The position numbers and the translations under genes were made by a program. The notes beneath the pieces were generated by a model. The model was given only the letters and a program-made list of their open reading frames with translations, made no database searches and was not told the DNA's origin. Shown here piece by piece: positions 11,916 through 23,598 of a DNA stretch of 64,000 bases. Position 1 is the stretch's first letter. Each line of letters opens with the position of its first letter. Source of the DNA: Alloascoidea hylecoeti (taxonomy: Eukaryota); the NCBI GenBank assembly GCA_001600815.1, contig BCKZ01000028.1:1-64000 (forward strand). Direction: 5' to 3'.

Positions 11916-12500
11916 CTAAACTGGGTTAGAAAACATCTCATGATTTTCTGGATATCTACCACTGGCTTGTTGAAAATTTGATTTTGTTGATATCGATCTC
12001 TCTTCATAATCAATACTCCCCTCCTTTGACATTTGATTAGAACCAATGAATCTGACAAGTGATATTGAGACCAAACCAATATTCAAAAAGAATAGAACGA
12101 ACAAGAAGGCTGCACCTGCTTTACCAACGGAACAATGATTATGATGATTCTTTGAGCATTGTTGAGAAAAATGAGCTAATGCAACACCTGCTGCAAATAC
12201 GAACACCATGTTCAAAATATTAGTTATCAGAATAAATTTTGGTTTGATTCTTTTAATAAAATAAAATAATGTTCCAATTATAAACCCATATACTATTGAA
12301 AATGCTGAAGCATATATTGCAAAATGAGCACTTGAATTGTTAATTCCCTTATTTGTAATAGCTGCTATATTTAAACCCAATGATACAATACCAAAGATCA
12401 ATACAAATGACCTTAAGATTAAATCAGATGCAATAATATTTTGACCACCAATTTGAATGGTGTTTGTGAAAAATGCACTTTTTGAATTGAAGAGTTGCAT
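11916..12500 (-). CDS. NCE102/FHN1-like MARVEL protein
   Basis: Intact paralog whose tail ends prematurely at NPV*. Confidence 0.85.
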   Translation of the reverse strand: MQLFNSKSAFFTNTIQIGGQNIIASDLILRSFVLIFGIVSLGLNIAAITNKGINNSSAHFAIYASAFSIVYGFIIGTLFYFIKRIKPKFILITNILNMVFVFAAGVALAHFSQQCSKNHHNHCSVGKAGAAFLFVLFFLNIGLVSISLVRFIGSNQMSKEGSIDYEERSISTKSNFQQASGRYPENHEMFSNPV

Positions 12501-13774
12501 CGCCGATTTGATGGATTAAAATTAATGGAGATATAATCAAATTTATAGAGAAATTCTTTTTTCTAAACTGTTATAACGAAGATATATAGGCTTTTCCGTT
12601 AACTTCGGCAGTGCATGGAGAACTTTATCAATATTTTATAACCACGATTGAACTAGTTCTTACAACCAATTTGGAAGTTTTCCAAATTAAACTTGAAACG
12701 TAATACTCAATATTACTCATTCATAAATTATAAGCCTCTTTAAAGTCTTTTAGCGGACTTGGAAAAAACAAAACAATTTAAGAATGGTATCATCTGGTGA
12801 TTAAGTTATACATGTAAGCTAAGCTTTGGACCATTTTAAGTATACGCAAATGTAATCAAGTTCATAATTCATCGACTTCATGTTATTTTTTTTTATTTTT
12901 TTTTTATTTTCCAACTTTCTTTCAGCGCAAGCTCTACCCTATAGAAATATCAATAATCCAAAAAGTGGCTCTTTTTTATTAATATCGATCTACTTAATAA
13001 TTGCAATATGCAACCTCCAAATGTTGCCTCCGAATTCCAACTTATTGTTGCATTCATAGCCTTTACTGATATTCCCGAACACTATCATTTAACTAGTTAC
13101 ATTCCGTAACCATATATAATAATAGTCACTGCCACAGTAAATACTACATTGATGTGGAGCAATTCTACAAATATAAGGATTAATTTGCATATTGAGTCTT
13201 TGATCATAAGATTTGATTTGGCATTATTATTCTCTACTGTAATTGGGACTTTAGAAATAATGTTTACTGTTTTAATTTTTTTCTTTCGTTTATGTCATAT
13301 ATTTTACTTTCCTATAAGTTTAAGAATATAGAATCATAGATTATAATGTTTCATTATGAGTATGAGTGGTTATGGGTATAATAAATAGTTTTCAGAACTA
13401 TGCACGATCCAGAGTTGTGCATTACCTCCTATAATAACACAACATGGGCGGAGTATTATCAATGAGAAGAAAAAGCTTATCCCATTCAAGCTTCACTCGA
13501 GGCCTAGACTCATCTTAGTCTCGGCTCATATTTCATAGCCAACTAAATCTATCATGCTTCCAATTTTGAATATTATCTCCCAGAAAGAAGTCTTTCGAGA
13601 AATCCGTTATAACATAATACTTTTTATGGATGTAGGTGTTTATATTTTCGATCCGGGTTAAAGCATACAAATCCTCCGAAGTGTAGTATTTTCATACACA
13701 AAAAATGATGTTGAATTAACGTAGTTTAGATATATAATTACAATTCATTATTAGCAGATATATATTATTAAATT

Positions 13775-13994
13775 TTATAATACACATTCATTGAGACGAT
13801 CCGATAATCCAGTTACGGTACTGTTTGAATTTGATAATGATTTAACGTAATCCTTTTTCAATCGATTTTGTAAAATTTCATCTTTTAAAATATCAGATGC
13901 TTCAATTCTAGTTTCTAAACGACCAATTTGAATTATTGATTTATATTCATCTAATGAAATATTAGATGGTTTATTAATTTCATTATTATTATTC

Positions 13995-14032
<38 letters not shown>

Positions 14033-17000
14033 TAATGAACTTAATGAATTTAATGAATTTAAAATTTTATTTTTTGTTCTTCTTTCTAATATATTCAATG
14101 GTCCTGTCATATATTGTTGATCATCATTATCAAAATTTTGTTCAACTTTTGAATTAGAAAAGTTTTGAAACCACCATGGATCAGATACAACAACCCAAAT
14201 TAACATATTAGAATCCCAAATATAACCTTTCCCATTATCTAATGATATTAAAGGAGTTCCATTATTACTTAATCCATAATATGTAATAGATGATTGTTTA
14301 TCCATGATAATTTTTTTCCCATCTTGAGGTATTTTAACAATAGTTTCATAATCTAAAATTGGCGCAATTGATATAGAATGATGAATACATTTAATAGTCA
14401 TTGTTGGATTACTAAGATCCCAAACATAAATTAAACCAGAAAATGTTATACAAAACAAATAAACATTAATACTTTCTAAAACACATATTGGTGATCCTAA
14501 TTCAATTTCTGGACATAATCTTCTTCCTTTACTTGAATAAATTATTAATGTACCTTCTTGTGTTGCAATTGACCAAAATAATCCTTCAATACCTGTTTCA
14601 TGTGTAATAAATTGAGGAATATAATCAATAAATATAATATTACCATTTTTTGTAACGGTAATTTTTGAAGGTTTTTCTTCATTTCCATGACCATTTCGAA
14701 TTTCTAATATTGAATTAGATTTATTTTCTTCTTTTATTAAATTTGGATTTTTATTACTAATTGTAACTTTCATTTTAGGTATTATTAATTTTGAATCGGA
14801 ATAAGTTATTGCTGCATCTGTTATACTATCTTTAATAAAATCAGGATAATTTAATTTTCCATTAATATGATTATTATTAATTAATGGTAATACATTATAT
14901 TTAATACCATTTATTTCTGAATTAAAAAAATCATCATCATCATCATTGTCATTATCATCATCATCCTTATTATTATTATCATTATTATTATCATCATTAT
15001 TTGTAATATCAATATCATTTTCACGTTTTGGATTTGTTTTCATTTTATTTCCAATTATAATTGATGGTATTCCATTACGTGGTAATTGATATGATGATTT
15101 TGAAAGTTTTAATTCATTATTTTTTCTTGTTGATACAATAAGAGATGATTTACCACTAATTGATGATTGCTTGTTAAGATTACTATTAGTTAAATTAGAT
15201 GGATATCTTTGTGGAACAGATGAAATACTTGATATTAATGTAGGAGTTACTCTTTTTTTACCATCTTTTGTAATTGTAATTTTTTGTTTTACTAGTGTAT
15301 TATCCATTTGTTTTATACGCTGAATTGATTTTTGAGGTATTTGTGGTTGTATTTGTTTTTGTATTTGAATTGATGTATTTAAAGAAGATCCAGTTACATT
15401 ACTTTCAATAATATTTTTTTTATTATCTAAAGTTCCCATTAATTCATCCATTCTTGCTTCTTTAAATTGTTCTTCTAATTTTGAAGCTTTATCTTCTAAT
15501 TGTAATTGAGCAATACTTTCAGGGAAATACATTGCATCTCTACCACCACCATATCGATGTAATTGATCTTCATTTTTTTCTAATGGAACTTCTTTACCAA
15601 GTTCATTTTCATCAAATCCAATAACAGTAATTGAAGAATCTAATGAAGCAATAAATAAATGTCTTCCATCTGGAGACCAAGCAAGATCAGTTATAGCTTT
15701 AAGACAAATATCGTGGGCAACAACTAAAGGTCTTGGATTTGATGTACTCCATATAGCAAGGGTTTTATCTTGTCCAGCAGTTGCAACCAATGCAGTTAAA
15801 TTATCTTTTATTCTCATATTCTCATTTATATTCTTTTGTTTCTTTTCTTTATTATTTGAATTATTATCATATAACCTAGGTGAAAATGAAACAACTTCAC
15901 AAGGAGCATCATGACCAATTAAAGAAACATCACTTGTCCAAACACCACGGGATATTATAGTACAAGTACTAACAGGACCATTTGTAGCATTAGGAGCACA
16001 AATATGATTACCATCAGGAGACCAAGAACATCTTCTAAAATAAGAAGTTAAAGGAGATGATTCAAAAGGTTTTGAAACAATATGTTCAATAGCAAATGTT
16101 AAATCATTTGGAGAAGTTTTATGATATCTAAAAATTCTTAATGATCTATCATCAGAACAAGTTGCAAAATATTTATTTGCAGGATCAAATATTACACCTT
16201 TAACATGACTTTGATGAACATCTAATCTTTTTATTTTTTCAAATGTTATACCATTCCAAATTATAATTGCACTATCTAAACCAACAGAAACAAGTATATT
16301 TGAATCAGGTGCCCATGCAATATCTTGAATATCATTATCATGACCAACTAAACGTTTTCGTACAGACCAATGTTCAAGATCATGTTCTTGTTCACCAAAT
16401 TCTCTTCTTGCTATACCATTTTCATCTTTTTCCCAAATTAAAAGAACTCTATCATCAGAACCAGAAGCAAGATATCTACCATTTGGAGAAAATCTTACAA
16501 CAGTAACAGCACCTAAAAACATTGAAATTAGTTTTAACAAATCAAAGATATTTTAAATTATTAAACTTACCTGTATGAGTACTCATTTTTGCAACACTTC
16601 TTTGTAAACTTATATCAGGAATATCATTATCATTTTCTAAATCAGATTCACTAAGACTATCATTTCCATTACCATTTCCAATTCCAATATCAGAATTTAA
16701 TTTTTGTTTTTTTTTACCTTTATTTTTTTTAATAATTTTTTTATTTTTTAATGATGATGATTTATCATTTTTATCATAATTTAAACATTTATATATTGTA
16801 TCTGTATTCCATATTCGAACTTTCCCATCTACATCACAAGTTAGTTATTAATTGTATATTTAATAAGAATAATGGAATTAGTTTACCTAGTCCTCCTGAT
16901 GCCAATCGTGTTCCATCTGGACTTACACTAACTGAATATACTTCAAATTTTCGGTTTTCATCTAAACACTTTGTTAATAAATTTGTATGATTATTTTATC

Positions 17001-17056
17001 ATGATTTTTAAGTAAATACCTTCGTGTAATAACCATGGAAGTTTTAAAATATACAT
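13775..17056 (-). CDS. HIR1: HIR complex histone chaperone Hir1 (WD40 + HIRA domain), 3 introns
   Basis: Spliced N-terminus [37 protein letters not shown], plus LASGSDD, SYFRRCSWSPDG and B-domain ITKDGKKRVTP. Introns 16962-17019, 16829-16886 and 16513-16570 (all GT-AG). Confidence 0.93.
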
Positions 17057-17130
17057 TTTTTTATTATTTTATTAAATCTTCATTCAAAAAGATTGAATGT
17101 TTGTTTGTGATTAAAATGAAGATGATAGAT

Positions 17131-17190
17131 TTACCCGGATATCTAATGTTCAAAAAAAAAAAAAAAATATTTAGAGAGTGAAAAATATTT
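17131..17190. promoter_or_regulatory. Reb1-type site TTACCCGG, poly(A) tract and RRPE-like TGAAAAATATTT in the compact HIR1/RIO2 divergent promoter
   Basis: Motifs are visible. An RRPE fits the ribosome-biogenesis gene RIO2. Confidence 0.5.
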
Positions 17191-17238
17191 CTTCTTCTAT
17201 ACAAACTTTTTTATAATCATAACAGTATTTAATTAAAA

Positions 17239-18558
17239 ATGAAGTTAGATACAACCCATATGAGATATTTATCATCAGATGATTTTAAAGTACTTTCAGC
17301 AGTTGAACAAGGCTCCCGAAATCATGAAGTTGTACCGATTAAATTAATCCATCAATTTAGTGGATTAAGAAGTCAATCATCAACACAAAGATCAATAAAT
17401 GAATTAAGAAAAATTAAATTAATTAAAAAATTAAGAAATGCAAGTTATGATGGATTAACATTATCATATTTAGGACATGATTATTTAGCATTTAAAAATT
17501 TTGTTAATAAAAAAATTTTATATAGTATTGGTACACAAATTGGAATTGGAAAAGAAAGTGATATTTATAGTATTATTAATGAAAATGGACAACATTTTGT
17601 TTTAAAAATTCATAGATTAGGAAGAATTTCATTTAGAACAGTTAAAAATAATCGAGATTATTTAAGTAAAAAAGCAACAAATAAAGGAAAAAATAAAAAT
17701 TGGATGTATTTAAGTACATTAGCATCAGAAAAAGAATATTTTTTTATGAAAATATTATATGAAAATGGTTTTAATGTACCAATACCAATTGATTATTCAA
17801 GACATTGTATTATAATGGAAAGAATTAATGGATTTCCATTAAGACAATTAAAAAAACATGAAAATTATAAAAAATTATATTCTGATTTAATGAAATTTAT
17901 TTTAAATTTAGGTCAATTTGGTTTAATTCATTGTGATTTTAATGAATTTAATATAATGTTAAGAGATGAAACAATTGAAGAAAATAATGGGAAATCATCA
18001 TTTGTAATAATTGATTTCCCACAATGTATTTCAATCGATCATATTGATGCTGAAAGATATTTTAAAAGAGATGTTGATTGTATTAGATTATTTTTTGAAA
18101 AAAAATTTAATTATAAACCAAAAAATGATAATAAAAATTCAATTTACATTGATACTGATGGTTATGGTGATGGTTTTAAAAATGGATATCCTGTTTTTAA
18201 AGATATTAAAAGAATTGGTAATTTAGATACACAAGTTGAAGCAAGTGGATTTAATAAGAAAAAGGCAAAAGAATTTGAATCTGCTATACAAAAATCAAGA
18301 GAAATTGGTGAATTTGGTAAAGATGTTGATGAAGAAGAAAAACAATTGGCAGAAATTGAAAAAGAGAATGAAAATGAAGAAGATGAAAGTGAAGAAGAAG
18401 AAGAAGAAGAAGAAATTGAATCAAATGAATCTGATGATGAATATGAAAGTGAAAAAGAAGATCAACTTAAAGAAGAAAATGAAAAAATTATTGAAATATT
18501 AAGTTCTGGAGTAAAAGAATTAAAAATGGATAAACTTGGTAATTATATATTAGAATAG
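17239..18558 (+). CDS. RIO2: RIO2 atypical kinase (40S maturation)
   Basis: MKLDT..MRYL, GSRNHEVVP, IGIGKESDIY, KIHRLGRISFR, HCDFNEFN, IDFPQ, C-terminal DKLGNYILE. Confidence 0.97.
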   Translation: MKLDTTHMRYLSSDDFKVLSAVEQGSRNHEVVPIKLIHQFSGLRSQSSTQRSINELRKIKLIKKLRNASYDGLTLSYLGHDYLAFKNFVNKKILYSIGTQIGIGKESDIYSIINENGQHFVLKIHRLGRISFRTVKNNRDYLSKKATNKGKNKNWMYLSTLASEKEYFFMKILYENGFNVPIPIDYSRHCIIMERINGFPLRQLKKHENYKKLYSDLMKFILNLGQFGLIHCDFNEFNIMLRDETIEENNGKSSFVIIDFPQCISIDHIDAERYFKRDVDCIRLFFEKKFNYKPKNDNKNSIYIDTDGYGDGFKNGYPVFKDIKRIGNLDTQVEASGFNKKKAKEFESAIQKSREIGEFGKDVDEEEKQLAEIEKENENEEDESEEEEEEEEIESNESDDEYESEKEDQLKEENEKIIEILSSGVKELKMDKLGNYILE

Positions 18559-18582
18559 TTATATAAAATCAATATATAAAAA

Positions 18583-20043
18583 TTATAAATTAAATTCATC
18601 TTTTAAAGCTTCACAAAACTTTTCAATACCAATAACTAATTTAGAAGCACCAACAGCAGCATAAGTACCTCTAAAAAAAATTGTTGTATTTTTATCATTA
18701 TTTAAACCAGTATCAAAATCAACTTTTGGTGAATCAAACCATGAACCAATAATCATTAAACTACCATGTTTTAAACTTGATTCAAAAATTAATTTTTCAA
18801 TTTCATAAGTATTACCATTATTAAATTTTGGATGTTTTGATGAATCAAGACAAATGGTGAAAAACATACCAGCAGTAGGTGGTAATGAGTAACCAATTTC
18901 TTTTGGTAAATATTTATTAATTGCATCAATTGCAATATCTCTTTTATGAGAATATTCTTTACGTAAAGCGATTAACCAATCTAAATAACCATCTTGTCCC
19001 CATCTACTTAAAGTACCATAAACAGCAGATTGTCCAAAACCACATGGGGCTTGCATTGTAACTTCATTTAATCTAACAATACGTTCTAAAAATTTAGATT
19101 GTCCAACAAACCAACCTAATCTTGTTCCAGGTGCTAAAACTTTTGAAAATGAATCTAAACGAATAACTCTACCATCTGTATCAATTGAAAGGAATGATTT
19201 AGCAAGTTCAGAAACAAATTCTTCATGAGTTGGAGTTTTAGCAAAATTTTCTTCACGTTTATTTAAATCTGGTGTATAATCATCCATTTGTAAGAAATAA
19301 TATGGTTCATCTTCAATAATTAAAAAATCATATTTTTGTGATAATTTATAAATTGCAGATCTTCTTTCAGTGCTTAAAGTAGAACCAGTTGGATTTTGAC
19401 CAGTTGGAATTGTATATAAAAGTTTTGGTTTTGAATTCCCTTTCCAATTCTTTAATAAAAATTCTAATTTTTCAGGTATAATACCAAAATCATCCATTGG
19501 AATACCAACAGATTTAACACCCATTGCTTGATTTGCTTCTAAAACACTTGAAAAAGTTGAATGTTCAACAAGAATATAATCACCTCTGTTTGTAAAAGTT
19601 CTTAAAACTGCATCCCAACCTTGGGTATTACCAACTGAACAAACAACATCCCAATCTTTATATAAAGGTTTATGAATAATTTCAGTATGTTTTTTTAAAT
19701 ATTTTACAAGTCTTGGATTACCTTCAGTAAATCCATATTGTAATGAGGTTGCTAATGGAATATCATCATGACCGCCTTCAATATTATGTTTAAAAATTTC
19801 AGTGGTTAAACTTTTTTCAGGAAGTTCAGTTAAATTTGAAAATGGAGCATCAGAAGCAGTAATTTTTAAATCATGAAAAGGGAATAATTCGGGTTGTGGT
19901 AGACCACCACCGAGGAAAGTAATATTTGGATCACCAAAATATTTAAAAGCGGTTTTCAAAGGAGAAGGCTTTCTTGATTTTGCTTCTTCAGATAAGAAGT
20001 GTGATAAATCTTTTGCGACTTTTGGTTCTGAATCTGCGGTCAT
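18583..20043 (-). CDS. ARO8: Aromatic/aminoadipate aminotransferase I
   Basis: DLSHFLSEEAKSRKPSPLK, LGGGLP, PTGQNPTG, EDEPYYFLQM, and PLP-lysine motif DSFSKVLAPG. Confidence 0.93.
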   Translation of the reverse strand: MTADSEPKVAKDLSHFLSEEAKSRKPSPLKTAFKYFGDPNITFLGGGLPQPELFPFHDLKITASDAPFSNLTELPEKSLTTEIFKHNIEGGHDDIPLATSLQYGFTEGNPRLVKYLKKHTEIIHKPLYKDWDVVCSVGNTQGWDAVLRTFTNRGDYILVEHSTFSSVLEANQAMGVKSVGIPMDDFGIIPEKLEFLLKNWKGNSKPKLLYTIPTGQNPTGSTLSTERRSAIYKLSQKYDFLIIEDEPYYFLQMDDYTPDLNKREENFAKTPTHEEFVSELAKSFLSIDTDGRVIRLDSFSKVLAPGTRLGWFVGQSKFLERIVRLNEVTMQAPCGFGQSAVYGTLSRWGQDGYLDWLIALRKEYSHKRDIAIDAINKYLPKEIGYSLPPTAGMFFTICLDSSKHPKFNNGNTYEIEKLIFESSLKHGSLMIIGSWFDSPKVDFDTGLNNDKNTTIFFRGTYAAVGASKLVIGIEKFCEALKDEFNL

Positions 20044-20457
20044 AATTATTTTGATGGTTTATTTGGTGGGCAATTAGAGATCTTATAGTAGTTATGACTC
20101 TTACTAATAATCCTCCAGAAGCCTCCAAAAGCCGTTGTTTACCGGTATCGCCGTTAACGGCTGCACAACCCTCGCTTGCATATGGATAACAAATAATATC
20201 CCGATTACAAATTTAGGAAAACTGTCAACTAATCAATATCAATATAAATATCAATATAAATATTAATATAAATATAAATATAAAACTCCCAAGACGCCAC
20301 TATATATTATAAGCAACAGAAAAAGCATAGAAAATCACGTAATTAAACTTTTAAAACCCAATTTCAGAAATCAAAAAATATCAGAACAGAAATAAATAAA
20401 ATATAGAAATTATAATCAGATTATAATCAAATTCGTCGGAATTGAGTTTGAAATGTT

Positions 20458-22613
20458 TCAACGTAATTGTTTAAAAGCATCCAACAAAGTAGATGCTCTT
20501 GGACTTTTATGTTCTTTTTCAAAAACATTCCAAAATCTTAAAGTTTCATCACCAGCACCGGTAACAATTGTTTCACCATCTGGACTCATTGATAAATAAA
20601 GTACTCTATAACTATGACCTTTTAAAATTGCAACTTGTTCCATTGTTGGATATTTCCAAATTATAATTTGATTTTCACTAAATCCATGTGTACTAACTAA
20701 TTCATTTGAATTTTTTGACCAAGCTAAATTACATACTTGACTTTCTGTATCAATGTCATATAATCTTGTACCATGTATTGTATTCCATATTTTAATATGT
20801 TGATCTGCTGTACCACCTCCACTTGCTAATATACCTCTTTGATGAGGATTCCAAGCAATTGCTTTAACAGCAGCTGTATGTTCTGAAAATTTATAAAGTG
20901 GTCTTGTATCTAATCCATCCCATACAAATAATCTATTATCATTACCACCGCTTGCTAATTTATTTTCATTAGTATTCCATTTTAATCCACAAACTTCTTG
21001 ACAATGACCAGTTAATTTTGAAATCCATTGATTTGATTCTCTAACATCTCGATGTAATATTGTTCTATCTCTACTACCACTTGATAAAATATGTTCATTC
21101 CATGCTAAACTTCCAACTCTACCAGAATGACCAGTCATTGTTCTTATTTTTTTACGAGTTTCTCCATCCCAAATTTCAACATAACCTTTATGAGTCCCAA
21201 TTGCTAAATGAGTACCTGCTCCAATCCATGATATACTACAAATTGTATCATTTTTTAATTGACATAATTGATTAACAATTCCAGAATTTGATTTCCATAG
21301 ATAAACAATATCTCCTAATGCAACTGCTAAAATATCATTTGTTGACCAATCAACTAAATTTAAATAAAAATCATCAATTAATTCTGGTGCATCTAATACT
21401 CTATATGCAATCTGTGGAACTTTTCTTAATTTTTTTTGTGGTAATAATAATAATCTTTGTGATTCAATTCGAACTGGTGATAATGAATATAAATCATTAT
21501 TTGATTGTAATGATGATGATTGTTTTGATCTATTTGGTGTATACGAAAATAATTTTTTATTATGATTTGATGATCTTGGTGTTGATAATAATTCATTTGA
21601 ATTTGTATTAGAATGTGAATGAGAATTAGAATTTAAATGTGAATGAGAATGATGAGAACTTGAATTTAAATTTGAATTAGAATGAGAATGTCTTGGTGGT
21701 GTTCCTAATATATTTGCATTTGATGATATTCGTGGTGGTGGAGTTACTGTTCTGGGTGGTATTAATTCTGATGAATTTGTTTTTGGAGATGAATTTGTTA
21801 AAATTGCTGGTTTTTTTGGACTATTACTTAATGGAATTGTTGATGGAACATTATCACCAAAAAATTCAGCTTTTAAAACTGTTGAAAATGTATTATTTGC
21901 TTCTTCTTCTATATATTAATTGTTAGTTAAAATAAGATTTAAATTTAGGAGGTAAAGATTTAATGCTTACTCTTTTGAATATCTCTATGAATTGCATTAT
22001 TTCTATTTTGTCGTTGTGGAGATTTACTACGATCATCTTTTAATCCAAATGCTATTGGAAGATCAATACCCGATCTATTTGGAATATATCTATCTGTATA
22101 TATTTTTTTAGTTCGTTTTCGACTTGGAGATTGTGAATGTTGTTGTGAATTTGTTGTATTTGTATTTGATGAATTACTTGTCTTTAATGGTGATAAATTT
22201 GAATTTGAATTTGAATTTGAATTAGAATTAGAATTAGAATTCGATGTAGAAACTAGATTTGATGGATGATTTAAAAATGGTGAATTATCTAATCCTTCGT
22301 TATTTCCTTTATTTTTACTTTTATCATTATTGCTTGTTATAGTTGTTGATGTTGTGGTATTACTTTTTGTACTTTTGTTAACTTGTTTACTTCGTAATTT
22401 TCTATTTTTGCTATTTTCATTATTTCCCTCATTATTATTATTAATCATCCTCCCTGAACTAGTACTTTTGGTTGAGGTTGATCCTTCATGTTTTCTTAAA
22501 TAATTCTTCCTCGTGTTTCGATTCCGTCGCGTTGGTGATGATTGTAAAGTATCAGGATCCACCGCGTTTGTTCCAAATACATCGTCGAGATCTACCGAAT
22601 GAATCTTCATCAT
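20458..22613 (-). CDS. CDH1: APC/C co-activator Cdh1 (Fizzy-related), 1 intron at 21909-21970
   Basis: C-box DRYIPNR, RVLDAPELIDDFYLNLVDWS, WD40 repeats ending GAGDETLRFW, C-terminal LR tail. Confidence 0.92.
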
Positions 22614-23337
22614 CTCTTTATTTTTTCCTTCAATAGATATATGAATATATTAGCTGTGTATTAAATTAGCAGTTTAAATTAGCAGTTTAATAGAAGTAAA
22701 TGTTTAAAAACTTTGGTTTTGGTTTTGGTTTTGATATATATATTTTTTGTTTTGGGTAGTATTTGTTTGTGTCTCTTTAAATAACAACGATATGATAATT
22801 ATTAAATTAAATTAAATAGCAAATGAAAATTTATAACTTTAATAAACCTTTTTCTTTTCTTTTCTTTTCTTTTCTTGTATTATGATAAAATTCAGTTCTG
22901 TAATATACATATAGCTGATAAGAAGCAAAAAAAAAATTATTATTGAAAAATGGTTGCGATGAGAATATTAATTTTGTTTGTTGATGTTTTTTTTAAAAAT
23001 TATAAAAAGGTGGGAAATTAACAAAAAATTGTGAGTGAAACAAAAACCAAAACATCCGTACATCTGTGAACTTTTTTTACATATACCTTTAAATACTAAA
23101 TAAAATTTGAACCTAATACTAAGCAAAAATTCCTATTGGAATGACAAACATCAGCATCCATGTCAGGTGATATGGCCATATCTCCTCCAATAAGACATCT
23201 CCTCCAATAAACATTAACTTAGTTCCTAACAACTAACCTTACAATCTAGAGTAGATCAATTATACATGTCTACTTAATATGATAGAATTCTTTACTTAGC
23301 ACCAAACAAATAACAAACTTTTGCATTTTTAGTTCCT

Positions 23338-23598
23338 TATCACTAATTTGTTATTTATATTATAATCCAAAATAAAAATGATGAAATATGATATTCAATT
23401 ACAAATAATAAATTATTTTGACCTCATCTCAGACCATACAACTCTGCAATATCATGTCTCTTTCCAGTTTCCAGTTGTTCNTCTATTCCTTCACNTGAAA
23501 TNNTTTTAAGTTGTGCTCTACTGCTGGAGAAACCGAAATCTATAAAGTAAATAGTTCCATCAGAACTTTCTATAAAATTTTGTTTTCTTATGTCACCG
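23338..23598 (-). repeat. Dispersed inverted repeat copy B; boundary reads tat-CACTAATTTG
   Basis: Reverse complement of 1-261. Confidence 0.92.

Noticed and set aside
13522..13534. Inverted 13-bp match (GAAATATGAGCCG) to the NCE102-unit downstream block at ~4851
   Set aside because: Too short to support an inverted unit or element end.
18011..18502. Short alternative-frame ORFs overlapping RIO2, and similar ones in HIR1, CDH1, APC4, MMS22 and CQD1
   Set aside because: Shadow ORFs caused by AT-rich codon bias and low-complexity tracts.
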